64,000 nt of DNA from assembly GCA_008632985.1 (NCBI GenBank), contig QPGO01000015.1, forward strand, positions 63,998-127,997. The letters are read 5' to 3'. The DNA is from Psammoneis japonica. Its lineage: Eukaryota. The translations under genes and the position numbers were made by a program. Positions 50,070 to 61,200 of the stretch are shown one piece after another. Position 1 is the first letter of the stretch. Each line of letters starts with the position of its first letter. The notes under the pieces were generated by a model. The model did no database searches and was not told where the DNA came from. It worked only from the letters and a program-made list of their open reading frames with translations.

Positions 50070-51785
50070 ATGAAGCTTGGACTCTTTGCAGCAGCGCTGC
50101 TTTTCCACTTAGGTTACGCAGACGAGAGCGCCGAGCGCTATGGTGTTGATGTCTCTTTTCCTGTTCATCATGGACTTTCGACAAACTACGCCTGGCTTCC
50201 ACACAACGTGGACCCCAAGAATAATCCCGTTCCGAAGGAGTATGAAGGCATGCCTGTTCAGACTCTCGGCAATAAGGAGGCGCTCTATAAGGAATTCATG
50301 GATGGATGCAGGTCTTACTATGGAAAGCGTGGAAGCCAGTGCGATCAGACCGAAGAAGACAGGCTCGCAATGAGCGTGCGGCAAACGCAGTCCATGAGGG
50401 TACGTTTACAAAAATGACTCTCGCCGTATGCTCTCTGTTCTTTTTCTAATAATGTCTCATCCCTCTTTTGCTAAATTGACTCTCGCTGTACGCTCTCTGT
50501 TCTTGTTTCTAATAATGTCTCATCCCTCTTTTGTACAGAATTACACAGAGACTGGTTTCATGAAGATACGTGCGCCAGAGGAAGTGATGAAGCTTCTTAG
50601 AGGACACTGGGATGAACACCACACGAAGCAAACGCAGGAGCGATGGCCGGCTGGAAACACATATACAAATCACTGGAAGAGTCCACGCTGATGGTAAGCG
50701 TGGAAGATGCCAAGCTGCGAGGTGGTGGCGTTCGTCTGAAGAACGATATTTGGAACGCTGTGAAGCCAACGATTGAAGAGTGGACGGGAATGGAGCTTGA
50801 ACCTGCAAGCTTGTACGGAATTCGAGTTTACACCGAAGGCGCCATCCTCAGTCCGCACGTAGATAGGATCCCGTTGGTTAGCAGTTGTATTATTAACGTT
50901 GCGCAGGATGTTGACGAAGATTGGCCCCTTGAAGTTTATGGTACGTCTTGTTGCAATTCAGACAAATAGCTTCTGAAATATGCTTGTGCTCACGTTCACG
51001 AATCTTTTAATGCTGCTGCAGATCGAGAGGGCAAGGCGGTCAATGTTACTATGGCTCCTGGCGATATGGTGCGTAATACTCTCTGGATTAGACTCAGACT
51101 GACCATGTCTATGCCGTAGTATTCTTGTGCTCACGTTTGCTAATATTTTTTCAGGTGCTGTACGAATCGCACTCGCTGATTCATGGCCGTCCCTTCCCGC
51201 TCAAGGGAAGGTACTTCGGTAAGAATTTTGACCCGTTCGCATCTTTATCTGTCTCCTTATTATTACATTTGCTCACGCCATTGTTTGTTGCGGCGCTAAA
51301 GCTAACACCTTCATCCACTTCCAGCCCACGGGCAAGAGCAAACGTCCTGATATTCCGGACTACTTTCAACAGGATCTCCCCCCATACATTGTTAGAGGCA
51401 CCCCAGAAGAAGCTTACTGGAAAAGGCTCAACCCTGGTGGATGGAAAAACCCTGGACCCACCGCGACTCAATATGAACTAGGCGAGGTACACAAGGCCGC
51501 CGCTTATGGCGACATTGAGACTCTGGAACGCTTTGCAAAGGAGAATGAGAGCTCTCTTCATGCTAAGGATAGAAATGGTTGGAAGCCAATTCACGAGGCT
51601 GCTCGCGGGGGGCACAAGAACATTGTCGAAAAGCTCCTTAGCTACGGGGCCGACATCAATGAGCGTAGCAATCATGGAAAGGGAGGTTCGCCGCTGTACC
51701 TTGCCATTGAACACCAGGGCGAGGACCACGCCCTCTCACAATACTTGAAGCAGTTGGGAGCATTGAAATTGGCCCCGAGCTTTAA
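50070..51785 (+). CDS. Secreted prolyl-4-hydroxylase-like 2OG oxygenase with C-terminal ankyrin repeats
   Basis: Signal peptide; YGIRVY.EGAILSPHVDRIPLVSSCIINVAQD, LYESHSLIHGRP; ankyrin GWKPIHEAARGGH; five introns; two apparent 1-nt frameshifts. Confidence 0.8.
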
Positions 51786-51950
51786 TTGTCGCGCGGTACA
51801 CTTGGCGATACAACACAAACTAAGAAACTTGAAAACATCACACACTATCTTGGTATCCCTAGTTGCTACTGTGCTAGCTACTCTAGTAGAAGCTCTGTGA
51901 GCTCCTTCCATAATACTTCCCAACCACGCTTCCCGCATACAATGGGCGCA

Positions 51951-54900
51951 TTAGCAAGCGGAAAACTGCCAAACCGGCTCTTGGACCTGTCGAGAAAGAG
52001 AATCTAAGGAAGTCACAGCATCTGGAACGAAAGCTTTTGGTGTATCACCCTTCTCTTTCAGCCTTTTCTTGCTGCTATCTCGAAGTGGCGGGGTTGAAGT
52101 TGATCGCCTTACTTTCGTTCTTTTCGACTTGTTTCGGGCTGGACGGTTTTCCGAAAGGCTTGCTTTCTCCACAACCGTCACTTCCTGTGCGCATGACGCC
52201 GTCGTCTTCTTGGCGCTATTCCGTACAATCGAAACCTGTCTAGGCAGATCACACACCTCCTCTCGAAATCTTTCAGGCTTCTCATTAGAGGCGTCGGCGA
52301 GGGAGAAATGTTTCTTCAACTCCATTCTTTGGGCGTAGCCAATCACCTCATCGGGGCTCTTGAAGTAGTCGATGCCATCAATTCCCACTTTGACATCGTG
52401 CCCGGGGCGAACGAAATACCAGTCATGCAACGGGTTCGACGGACGCACTGCTTTCCATCCGGCTTCGGTCAGGTGGGACCACAGATTAGTCCACACGTAA
52501 AAGTCGTCTTCAGGAGCATCTTCGCAACGAAGCTTCTTGCTCTCGTCGGACTCATTGATGCCATTGCGCTTCCGTTTTCGTGTTGCCGGTTTGCGCTGGT
52601 TGCTCTGCGTGGTTGGTAGGCCTACAAGGCTCTCCTGTAATTCTACCGTTTCACAACTTCCTAGGGAGAGGCCTATCGTGGACGCATCGCTGTCGGGCGG
52701 TAGTGTAGACACGTAGGAGAACGACGCACCCTGCTGTGAATCGTCGTCGAGGGCAGTGCTAGAAACTACCTCTTGATGACGACTTGCCTCTTGAGTGGAC
52801 GCGGAGATTTGTTCAGGCTGGTTCGAAGGCGAAATATCCTCACTAGGTGTGGCGCCCGCCTGTTCCGACGACATACTGGCAAGTCGAAGTAGCCAATTTG
52901 ATTCTGCGCTATCTTCTGCGCCCCGTTCCAACTCCAAATCAACAACCTCCGACTGCTCCGCGAGATCAGAAACGTCGAAAGGTTCGTCAGCATTGTCATC
53001 TGCGCGGTCATCGAGAAAAGGTCGGTCGATATCCACGGGGGTGTTTTTCAAGGTGAAATCTGCCTTCAGCTCCAACGAGACGGATGTTTTACCTAAGGTG
53101 TCTTTTTCCGGAGACTTTACGCTTTGATCATTCTCCACGTCTCCAACCACAGGGCCGTTTGGGTTTGCTGCAGTTTGTCCGACAGTTGGTCTTGATTTAG
53201 ACGCCAAAGTCTTTGTCTCGTCTCGAACCTCTACAGGAGGAGTAACAGTGTCATTTTCTGCTTCCTCCTTCCTCGCAGCCGACCCATCTTGAACCGAGGT
53301 GAGATTCCTTTCCTCGGGATATCGCGAAACAGATATCGTGCCCGGAATCTGTTCCGTTTGAAGCTCCGCAGTCCGTATACAAGTGACGACTTCTTGCAAC
53401 GCCGAATCTGAGTCTGAATGGTGGGGACTTGCTTCAGAGGGACCAACAGTCGATGTTGGAATCTCTTGTCGGACCTGTGCAGGAGGAGAAAAGATGTCAC
53501 TTTCAGTTGGTTTTCTTGTACCGGTAGAGTACCCGGCTGCTGTTTTACTGTCGACGTTCTGTTCGTTGGGCTCCTGCAACACGGATATCGTGCATGGTAC
53601 TTCTCGCGCCTCAGGCCTCCCGCTTACACGACGGTCAACGTCATCGATGGCGACCAAACTTGTGTATGCTTCTGAATGGGAGAGACGGTCTGTCACCGCC
53701 GCAGGCAATGCGTCGTCTTGTACCTGCGCAGGAGGAGATTTCACCTTGTTTTCGTCAGTGTCTTCCTTTCTTGTTGAAGAGCAGTCTTCTTCTTTGTCTA
53801 TTTCTGCAGCGAAAAGATTGGTTTTTGTGAATGGATTCTTTGCTGCGTCTCGAACGGCAGCAGGAGAGAGCAGCAAGGCCTTGTCAATTTTGTCCCTCCT
53901 AGGGGTGGGCAAGATATCTTCTGCCACGGCAACAATGGACGTTGCAACAGAGCGCTCGTCGGATTGTCTCCAGCCAGTACAAGCATCAAGATCTGGTTCG
54001 TCGAAATGATAGTTCGAGTCCACCATTTTCTCCTCTCGGAAATCAGCACCATTGGAGTTGCATTGACCACTCGAAGCCTTCCCGTTCGTATCCTTCTTAT
54101 GCGAGCACTGAACCCCTGCATCTATTTCATGACTGGTAAATACGGATTTCTTGCACGGTCCTTCTGCTGTCGCCAGACCCACGCTTTGGCCGGGTCCACT
54201 CACATTTCCGCCTACGCCTTCGTTCGAACGACGACGACTGACTTCAGAAAGACTGCTTCTGGACGGTATTCCTTTTTCAGTTTCCACAGTCTTCGATGCG
54301 TCAACTTCTCCCACTGACCGGCCCAAGGAAGGTTCAAGACATACTTCTGCGCGGGTATCACCAACATTGCGGGCGCTATCGCTACTCCCACCCGTGTCGA
54401 TCATATCCTCGTGTTGGGTGATAGAGTCGTTCGGTGGACTCGTACTCATGAAGCCCGCCTCTTGCACGGGTCGGACATTCGCCTCCAACAAAAGCTCATC
54501 AGATGACGACGCCCCCTCGTCCCGACTTCCAAGTTTTCCGGAATTCCTGTTGCATTCGTCATTCGAAGCCTTCCCGTTCGTATCATTTTCATGCGAGCAA
54601 CGGACACCTGCTTCCTCCGAAACGGACTTCTTGCGTGATTCCTCATCTGTCGACAGACCCACGATGACACCAGGTTCAATCAGAATCTTCTCTGAATTTC
54701 TTTTCGAATGACGGAGACTGCCTCCGGAAGGACTGCTTCTGGACGGTATTCCATCTTTAGTTTCCACAGTATTCGTCGCGTCAATTTTTGAAGGTTCAAG
54801 AGGCAGTTCTGGTCGGGTATCGCCAACATTGCGGGCCCTCGCACCCGAATCGATCATATCCCAGTGTTGGGTGTTAGAGTCGTTCGGAGGACTCGTGCTC

Positions 54901-56927
54901 ATGCCTACGCCCACATCTTGCATGGGCCGAACATTCGTTTCCAGCAAAAGTATACCAGATGAGTGAGACCGCTCGCCCCCACTTTCAAGTTCTCCTGAAT
55001 TGTTGATGCATTCAGCGCCTTCGTCAGCATTCTCATTCACTGGATATGTTTCTGAATAATCAGAGTTACCATTGGAGCGACTGATTCTCGATGTCATATT
55101 CTCCGCAGCGTCTTGGTCCGTCGAACTGCAAAGCATCGTGTCATTGGTTTCTCCCAATACGGTTGGGGGCGAGTTGTCCCGTACGCTTCCACTAGCCAAC
55201 AAAGAGGCTGAACGTTCTTCAAACAGTTTTCTACCGATGTTTCTCCCGTGATCTGGTTGATGACCTGCGTTCAAGTTAATGTCTTGCATTTCCTCGATGT
55301 GGTCGTCACCGCTGTTGGAGGCATCCGAGCTACTCGTACTCGCATCGTCTACTACGAATTGCACGTTTGCCTTGTTTTCATGACTTGCCGGAGTGACGGT
55401 GGGGCATCCCTTCACCGTACCAGTCGCGGAAACCGAGCTCATGGATTGTCCACGGTCATACACAGCTGGTGGTGCTCCGCAAGATTGGGGGAAGACAATG
55501 CGATCACCGTCAAGCTCAGAAATATCAACAAGTGTACGTTTGAGCTTGGGAGGCAAGTAAAGTCCTTGGTTCCTATCAGCTTGAGTATCAGCTACATTGT
55601 TCTTTTCCTTGTCAACGGCTTCTCTTTCATCCAAAACAGTCTCATGGCTAATAGATATACCTTTATTGTCTTCGTGATCACTTGGGTAGTCCTTTTCTGC
55701 GATAGTTTCTTCGACAATCGATTTCCTGGAACTGTCCTCGTGGCTGCGAGAATGCGAGCCACTGTCACCTTGAAAAGCGCTTCTCTCAATGAATGCCAAA
55801 TCTGCGTCGTAGTTGGGTGATTCGATGATGCGAGTATTCGATTGGTCGGTTTCTGATGGCTCCATGAAAAATATGGTTGCGACGAGAAGGGCACAAAGGC
55901 CCATAGCGCCAACAATAAGCCAGAGGCCATCAGACGCCAATGAATCGGTCAATAGTTGACTTTTCGAATGCTCTTTAGTTGATACCTCAAAGGTTGTGTT
56001 GCCCTCGAGTGTCATGGAAACAATCAAGCTCGATCCCGGTGCTCGCCTGTAGTCCAAGCCATGCATATGAAATCTTGGAATAGTTGCAAGGCGTCGAGCC
56101 AAAACTGTACGAGACTTGTCAACCAGCTCATTTATAAGCGCCACAACAAGAGTTCGGTCGCTGTTGGATCCCGTCTCTACCGGAGGAATAAGTAGTGGAA
56201 TCAAGACCCCGAGATTCTCCGTCGCTTGAAAGCGCATCCCGTCTTGAAGCCACGTTAGCTCAAGCAGCTGTTCCATGTGAATCGCGGATGAATTGTCCAC
56301 GGGTGCGATCTCGTTCATAGTTACTAGCCAACTCCCGCCGATTCGAGGTGATAAGTCGTTGACTGAAGCGTTCGTCACGACACTACTAGATGCCGCGTAG
56401 AAATTGCAGCCATCACATGGAAACGCTGTGACAGAAACATCAATCGCAAGGAAGGCGTGCCGGTTGATATCAATTCTCGCCGTCGAGTTATGCATGTCTC
56501 CAATAAGAATCCGCTTCTTGATTTTGCTCTTGTCTACTCGTCGTTCTTGTTCTTTGCGTCGCGCTGGATTCGCAACATACGGTACCGTCACACACAACAG
56601 AAACAACAAATGGGTCAGAACAAAACTACTATCATCAAGTTGCAACTCGTTCTCCCATAGCAACAATTTCATCAACCTACCGACAAAATCCCCGGTATCC
56701 GCAAGATCGTCTTGTGTTTCCGTCAACGGCGCCGATACCAAAGCTGATGCGTCAAGCGCAGACGTGATCAAGGTGGCGACAACGACAATCAAGCCTGCCG
56801 TTCTCGACGTTCTGGGTCTTTTCTGTCGCTCTTTTTTCACTCGAACAACATTTTGATGCAAACTTGAGTGATGTATACTTTGACTAGTATTCATTGAAGG
56901 GTACAACATGGACGGAGGCGACGCCAT
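51951..56927 (-). CDS. Large hypothetical membrane protein with acidic low-complexity internal repeats and a compact Trp-rich C-terminal domain
   Basis: Open ~1658 aa from MASPP; three hydrophobic segments; duplicated ~155-aa blocks; C-terminal WSHLTEAGWK...WYFVRPG...GIDYF. Confidence 0.65.
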   Translation of the reverse strand: MASPPSMLYPSMNTSQSIHHSSLHQNVVRVKKERQKRPRTSRTAGLIVVVATLITSALDASALVSAPLTETQDDLADTGDFVGRLMKLLLWENELQLDDSSFVLTHLLFLLCVTVPYVANPARRKEQERRVDKSKIKKRILIGDMHNSTARIDINRHAFLAIDVSVTAFPCDGCNFYAASSSVVTNASVNDLSPRIGGSWLVTMNEIAPVDNSSAIHMEQLLELTWLQDGMRFQATENLGVLIPLLIPPVETGSNSDRTLVVALINELVDKSRTVLARRLATIPRFHMHGLDYRRAPGSSLIVSMTLEGNTTFEVSTKEHSKSQLLTDSLASDGLWLIVGAMGLCALLVATIFFMEPSETDQSNTRIIESPNYDADLAFIERSAFQGDSGSHSRSHEDSSRKSIVEETIAEKDYPSDHEDNKGISISHETVLDEREAVDKEKNNVADTQADRNQGLYLPPKLKRTLVDISELDGDRIVFPQSCGAPPAVYDRGQSMSSVSATGTVKGCPTVTPASHENKANVQFVVDDASTSSSDASNSGDDHIEEMQDINLNAGHQPDHGRNIGRKLFEERSASLLASGSVRDNSPPTVLGETNDTMLCSSTDQDAAENMTSRISRSNGNSDYSETYPVNENADEGAECINNSGELESGGERSHSSGILLLETNVRPMQDVGVGMSTSPPNDSNTQHWDMIDSGARARNVGDTRPELPLEPSKIDATNTVETKDGIPSRSSPSGGSLRHSKRNSEKILIEPGVIVGLSTDEESRKKSVSEEAGVRCSHENDTNGKASNDECNRNSGKLGSRDEGASSSDELLLEANVRPVQEAGFMSTSPPNDSITQHEDMIDTGGSSDSARNVGDTRAEVCLEPSLGRSVGEVDASKTVETEKGIPSRSSLSEVSRRRSNEGVGGNVSGPGQSVGLATAEGPCKKSVFTSHEIDAGVQCSHKKDTNGKASSGQCNSNGADFREEKMVDSNYHFDEPDLDACTGWRQSDERSVATSIVAVAEDILPTPRRDKIDKALLLSPAAVRDAAKNPFTKTNLFAAEIDKEEDCSSTRKEDTDENKVKSPPAQVQDDALPAAVTDRLSHSEAYTSLVAIDDVDRRVSGRPEAREVPCTISVLQEPNEQNVDSKTAAGYSTGTRKPTESDIFSPPAQVRQEIPTSTVGPSEASPHHSDSDSALQEVVTCIRTAELQTEQIPGTISVSRYPEERNLTSVQDGSAARKEEAENDTVTPPVEVRDETKTLASKSRPTVGQTAANPNGPVVGDVENDQSVKSPEKDTLGKTSVSLELKADFTLKNTPVDIDRPFLDDRADDNADEPFDVSDLAEQSEVVDLELERGAEDSAESNWLLRLASMSSEQAGATPSEDISPSNQPEQISASTQEASRHQEVVSSTALDDDSQQGASFSYVSTLPPDSDASTIGLSLGSCETVELQESLVGLPTTQSNQRKPATRKRKRNGINESDESKKLRCEDAPEDDFYVWTNLWSHLTEAGWKAVRPSNPLHDWYFVRPGHDVKVGIDGIDYFKSPDEVIGYAQRMELKKHFSLADASNEKPERFREEVCDLPRQVSIVRNSAKKTTASCAQEVTVVEKASLSENRPARNKSKRTKVRRSTSTPPLRDSSKKRLKEKGDTPKAFVPDAVTSLDSLSRQVQEPVWQFSAC

Positions 56928-57084
56928 GGCGCTCGTCTCTTCGACAGGGATCTCTCGTGCTTCCCTCGCATTTGCATTCCAATGCGCGCGGCCGCGCTTG
57001 AAAGAACTGGCGCGCAAAAAAGTCGGATTTCTTCGACTAACATTCCGGCCCTCTGATGTGAACGCGTGACGCTTCGCCGCACTG

Positions 57085-58045
57085 CTGTGTCTCACTGTCT
57101 CTGCAATGGCAGCACAACAATGTGCGACTGTGATGACTGGTGTTCAAACGCAAAATGTGTCATTGTCAAAACAATGACTTTAAGAAGAGCGGGGATGTTC
57201 GTCGACGGCAAATTGCCAAGAGACTTCCAGCCACAAAGCTCAGGAGCACAGCTGCGCGCCTTCCACGGACGTTTCATCAGCACCACCTTCATCACAGGGT
57301 CTCTTCAGTTAGCTTGAACATTGTTGTGGTGGCTTGCAAATGATCTAGTGCAATTTGTTGAGAGCTCAGTGGATGATGATGGCCAGCTGCTGGGGAAAGT
57401 GATTGTCTGCCAGCGCGGCAAACTTGGAAAGAAACACACACACAGAGCCGAAGGGGACAGACACAAGCACAGAAAGTTGTTGGTGACACCCTTGAGCACA
57501 GAATTAAGAGCAAGCATCATGAGCTAATTACACATCTAATGCTGGGTGCACTGTCAATGGCTTCCACAGCATTGCATCACATTTGCTGCTGTTTCCAGCA
57601 AGATGCTGTCGCGCACATCTCTTGCACTGCTGTTGGAACATGGATCGAGCAGTTCACAGAATTTTCAAAGACCCCAGATGTGTCAAAAAAAGACATTTTG
57701 ACTCCTGGCATGGTTTGATGGGTGACTCCTTGTGAGAAATGTTTTGTTGTCATCAATCTCTCACCTTTCAGCTTCACCTCACTCTTTGGAGTGAATCATT
57801 TGGTCAAAAGTGTCCATGGTGACTCTGTGCCATCAGACACAACAGCCATGGGATGCCAGGATGCACTGCAAAAGAATGAGTGCAAAGAGAAGGAGCTGGA
57901 GTGTGAGCATGGAGTGGAGCCAAGTGACTGCTGTGAAAAAGCAAAGCAGTTTGAAGATGACAAGACAACTGGCTGCACTTGACAGAAAAATGAAGGCAAA
58001 TGGCAAGAATTCAAACAACAACTCCTTGCTGCTGTCTAAATGGCA
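57085..58045. repeat. TG/CA-rich, TpA/CpG-depleted island (decayed element or pseudogene) next to the Copia LTR
   Basis: Abrupt compositional shift at ~57085; Cys/His-rich remnant ORF at 57722-57982 (GCQDALQKNECKEKELECEHGVEPSDCCEK). Confidence 0.6.
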
Positions 58046-58047
58046 GA

Positions 58048-58256
58048 TGAGTCTCCGCTCAGAGACCGTTGCAGGAGCCGAAAGACGTGCAAGTCGGTAC
58101 AATCGGGCCACTGTCATCATTCTTGTGAGCCTTGTGGCTCGAAAGCAAACTGCGTCACGTGCGAACGCGCGGAACTAAAGCACACAAAACTGTGCGCGGT
58201 AAACTAAACAGCGCGCGACACTTCGCGCGCACCCAAATCCTGTTCAAATCCTGTCA
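58048..58256 (-). repeat. Putative 3' LTR
   Basis: Begins TG immediately after the PPT (CTGGGGAG|TGACAGG); the distal CA end near 58048 is a guess. Confidence 0.5.
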
Positions 58257-61200
58257 CTCCCCAGTTTGCTTGAGGAGTCACAGAAACAGATTCGACTTCG
58301 GATGGAATGAAGTTCCAGAACATGAGGGGGCGGAGAAGGTCCCAGATTTGGGAGTGACCCCAATGCTTGCTGAGAATGTCAGCAGGGTTGCGGGAGCGTT
58401 CGATGAAGTGGAACTCAAGGCAACCAGAGGCAATTGCCTCACGCACACGGTGGAACGACAGTGCGGTGTGTCGCTTGTGTAACTTGGAGTGCGGGATGGT
58501 GGCACTGTCTACAACTGACTTGTTGTCACCGAACATGTAACTGACATTGCGGATCGGGACGCCAAGGTGGCGCAGGGTGATGCGCAGGTCGACAATCTGC
58601 TCAACACAAGTCCTTGCGGCAACAAATTCAGACCCGCAGGTCGCAGTCTCCACGGTGGCTTGCTTCTTAGAGAACCAATCAGCCGGGAATTTGTTGAGGG
58701 AGTGGAGCATTCCCATGACAGAGCGTCCGGTGAGCATGCAATGGCACAAGTTTGCATCGACGTAGTGGGTGGCAGTGACGAACTTGCCAAGGGGCGGTGG
58801 AGCGTCCTTCGGGATCATCTCTTCTGCTTCGCCACACACGGAATGCATCCATTCACAGGCCGGAGCAGGGAGATCCGAACAGTTGGGCTCTTCCGTGCAA
58901 ATGCGGAGAGCACCGTGTCGCATCTTGGAGAGGTGCCCACAGACGCGTTTGGCACGATCCAAGTGGCCTTGACGGGGCGCAGCTCGGAAGCCAGAGAGTG
59001 ACATGACGGCCGTGGTGATGTCAATTCGACCAAGGGACACTGCCCATTGGAGTGAACCAACAAGAGACTGGAACTTGTGAATGCCATCGGGTCCCAGCAG
59101 TTCGGAAGTGTCCAGCTCGGGGTGGTCACCCTTCTCCAGAGGTGACAGGGCGTTGGTGGTGGGTTTCTCCCCAAACAGTCGGGCGCAGCTGTCGACCATG
59201 CGCTCGATGTACTTGCGTGGAGACAGGCACAAGGTTCCGTCGGGATCCCGGGAAAAGTCGCAACCCAGATGGAACTCAATGGGTCCCGCACCCTTGAGCT
59301 TGAACTTGCACTTTTCCGTGAGAGTGTCGACGAAAGATTGAGGGTCCTTCATGGCAATGGCGAGGTCATCCACATAAACGGCAATGCATTCACAGTGGTC
59401 GCCGTTCCTGCGCATCCAAATGTTGGGTTCGGCGCGGCAGGGGAAGAAGCCTTCAGCTCGCAGGCAGTCGGCGAAGCGCTCGTGCCAGTGGAGACCGGAG
59501 CTGCGCAGTCCATACAGTGCCTTGTGGATGACAAGGATGTGTCCTTCGAGTTTGCCAAATTCGGGTCCGGCTGCAATGTAAAGCTTCTCCTTGGTGGTGG
59601 CTTCAAGGTGGGCATTGCCAATGTCGGTGGCCCATGTCTCCAACTCGTTGAGTTCGGCCAGGAAAATCATCAGCCGAAGGCCACGGAGGGAGACTGCTCC
59701 GGAGCAGACACTGTCGACAGGCACGTCCGTGAGGTGCCCGTCGGCTGCGAGTCGTGCCTTGTGGCGACCGTCGTGTTTCACGTCGCACACTGGGTGCACT
59801 CGGATCTTCTTGTGTCCCGCAGGAGGAGTGGAAGACTCGAAGGGCCCGCAGTCATGGAAGACTTCGTATTCGTCGAGTTGGTCCATCTCAAGATTAGTTG
59901 CGTCTCCCCACTTGCGGTTGCCGTTGCGTTCGTCTAGTGACATGGCGTGTTTGCAGTTCCGGGGAACTTCGCATCCGCACTTGCAGCGAGGTGCAGTGCG
60001 GAAGGAGCGAAGCTTGGCTTGGTTGGCCATGCGAAACAGCTTCTTTTGGCGCCTCGCGATGGTGCGGAACCGCTTCCAGCCATCCGTGTCAAGGAGTCCG
60101 TTCTCTCGTGCATAGATGGCACAGGTGACGGGGTCGTCCTTGGCGATGATGGCAAGAGGCTCGGACGTGATCTCCCCACTTTCCCATTCAAGCATGATGT
60201 TGTAGCTTGAGCCTTTCCAGGTTGGGTCGTGAGGCTTCAGAGGTCCTTCGTGTGACACGATGCGTCGAAATTTCCAAACAGTGGTGTCTTCATCTTCTTG
60301 CTCAATGTGATTCATGATGTCATTGCAGGCAAGGACTTCCTCGCATTCGTCATTGTTGACAGAGCAGATGAACTCAGTGAGCTCGGGATTGCCGTTCACT
60401 TTCCATTCGTGGTCTTCAACGGCCTTGACGATGCGAGCTCTGTGGCGTTGTCCGTCCTCTTGTGGCTGCATGAGGAAGGTACGTCCAATGATGTCTTGCA
60501 GATCGAAAACTGGCATCTTGGGTGTCCTGATCTCCCCATCAGGAGAATCGACGGAGTTGTCGTCATGGCGAGATTTGATGATGGGTTCAGGTGGCTCCCC
60601 ATCAGGAGGATCAAGACGCAGGTTTCGAACGGCAGGATCGGTGGCAGCGGAGCGGACGTTGGACCGGCAGAGGATCTTCTGAGTCTCGTCAGATAGAATC
60701 TTGAAGGTCATCTGGTGGCCGACGTGCTCAGCAATGCCAACGAAGCGTCCGCGCAACTCACGGGATTCAGACGGCCAATCGGAGTCATCGAGGTGGAAGC
60801 ACACGGGTTCCCACCAGTGAAAGTGAAGCAATGGGCTGATGTCCGGGGTGGAGCCAGTGAGAGTCTCGAGGGGCATGCGCCAGTGGAGACGTGGGGACGC
60901 TGCATGGTTGAGTGTGAAGCACACATGCATGAGCACCAGCAGCCATGTGTGGGCGGGCGAACCAAAACGATCCATGACAGTGTTCACCATGCACTTCACG
61001 GTCTGGCATCGATGCTCGGCAAAGTTTTGGTGTTGCTGGTGAGGCTCACTTTGCCAGCTGGAGATGAAGAGGGTGCGCAGGATCCCAAGCACTTTGTTGC
61101 TGATCTCAACTTGAGCACGGTCGCCAATGAGTTTGGATGGGGCACCATGTTCACGGATCTGATCCTCGAGTGTGTTGACAAACTCTTTGTCCGTCTTGGT

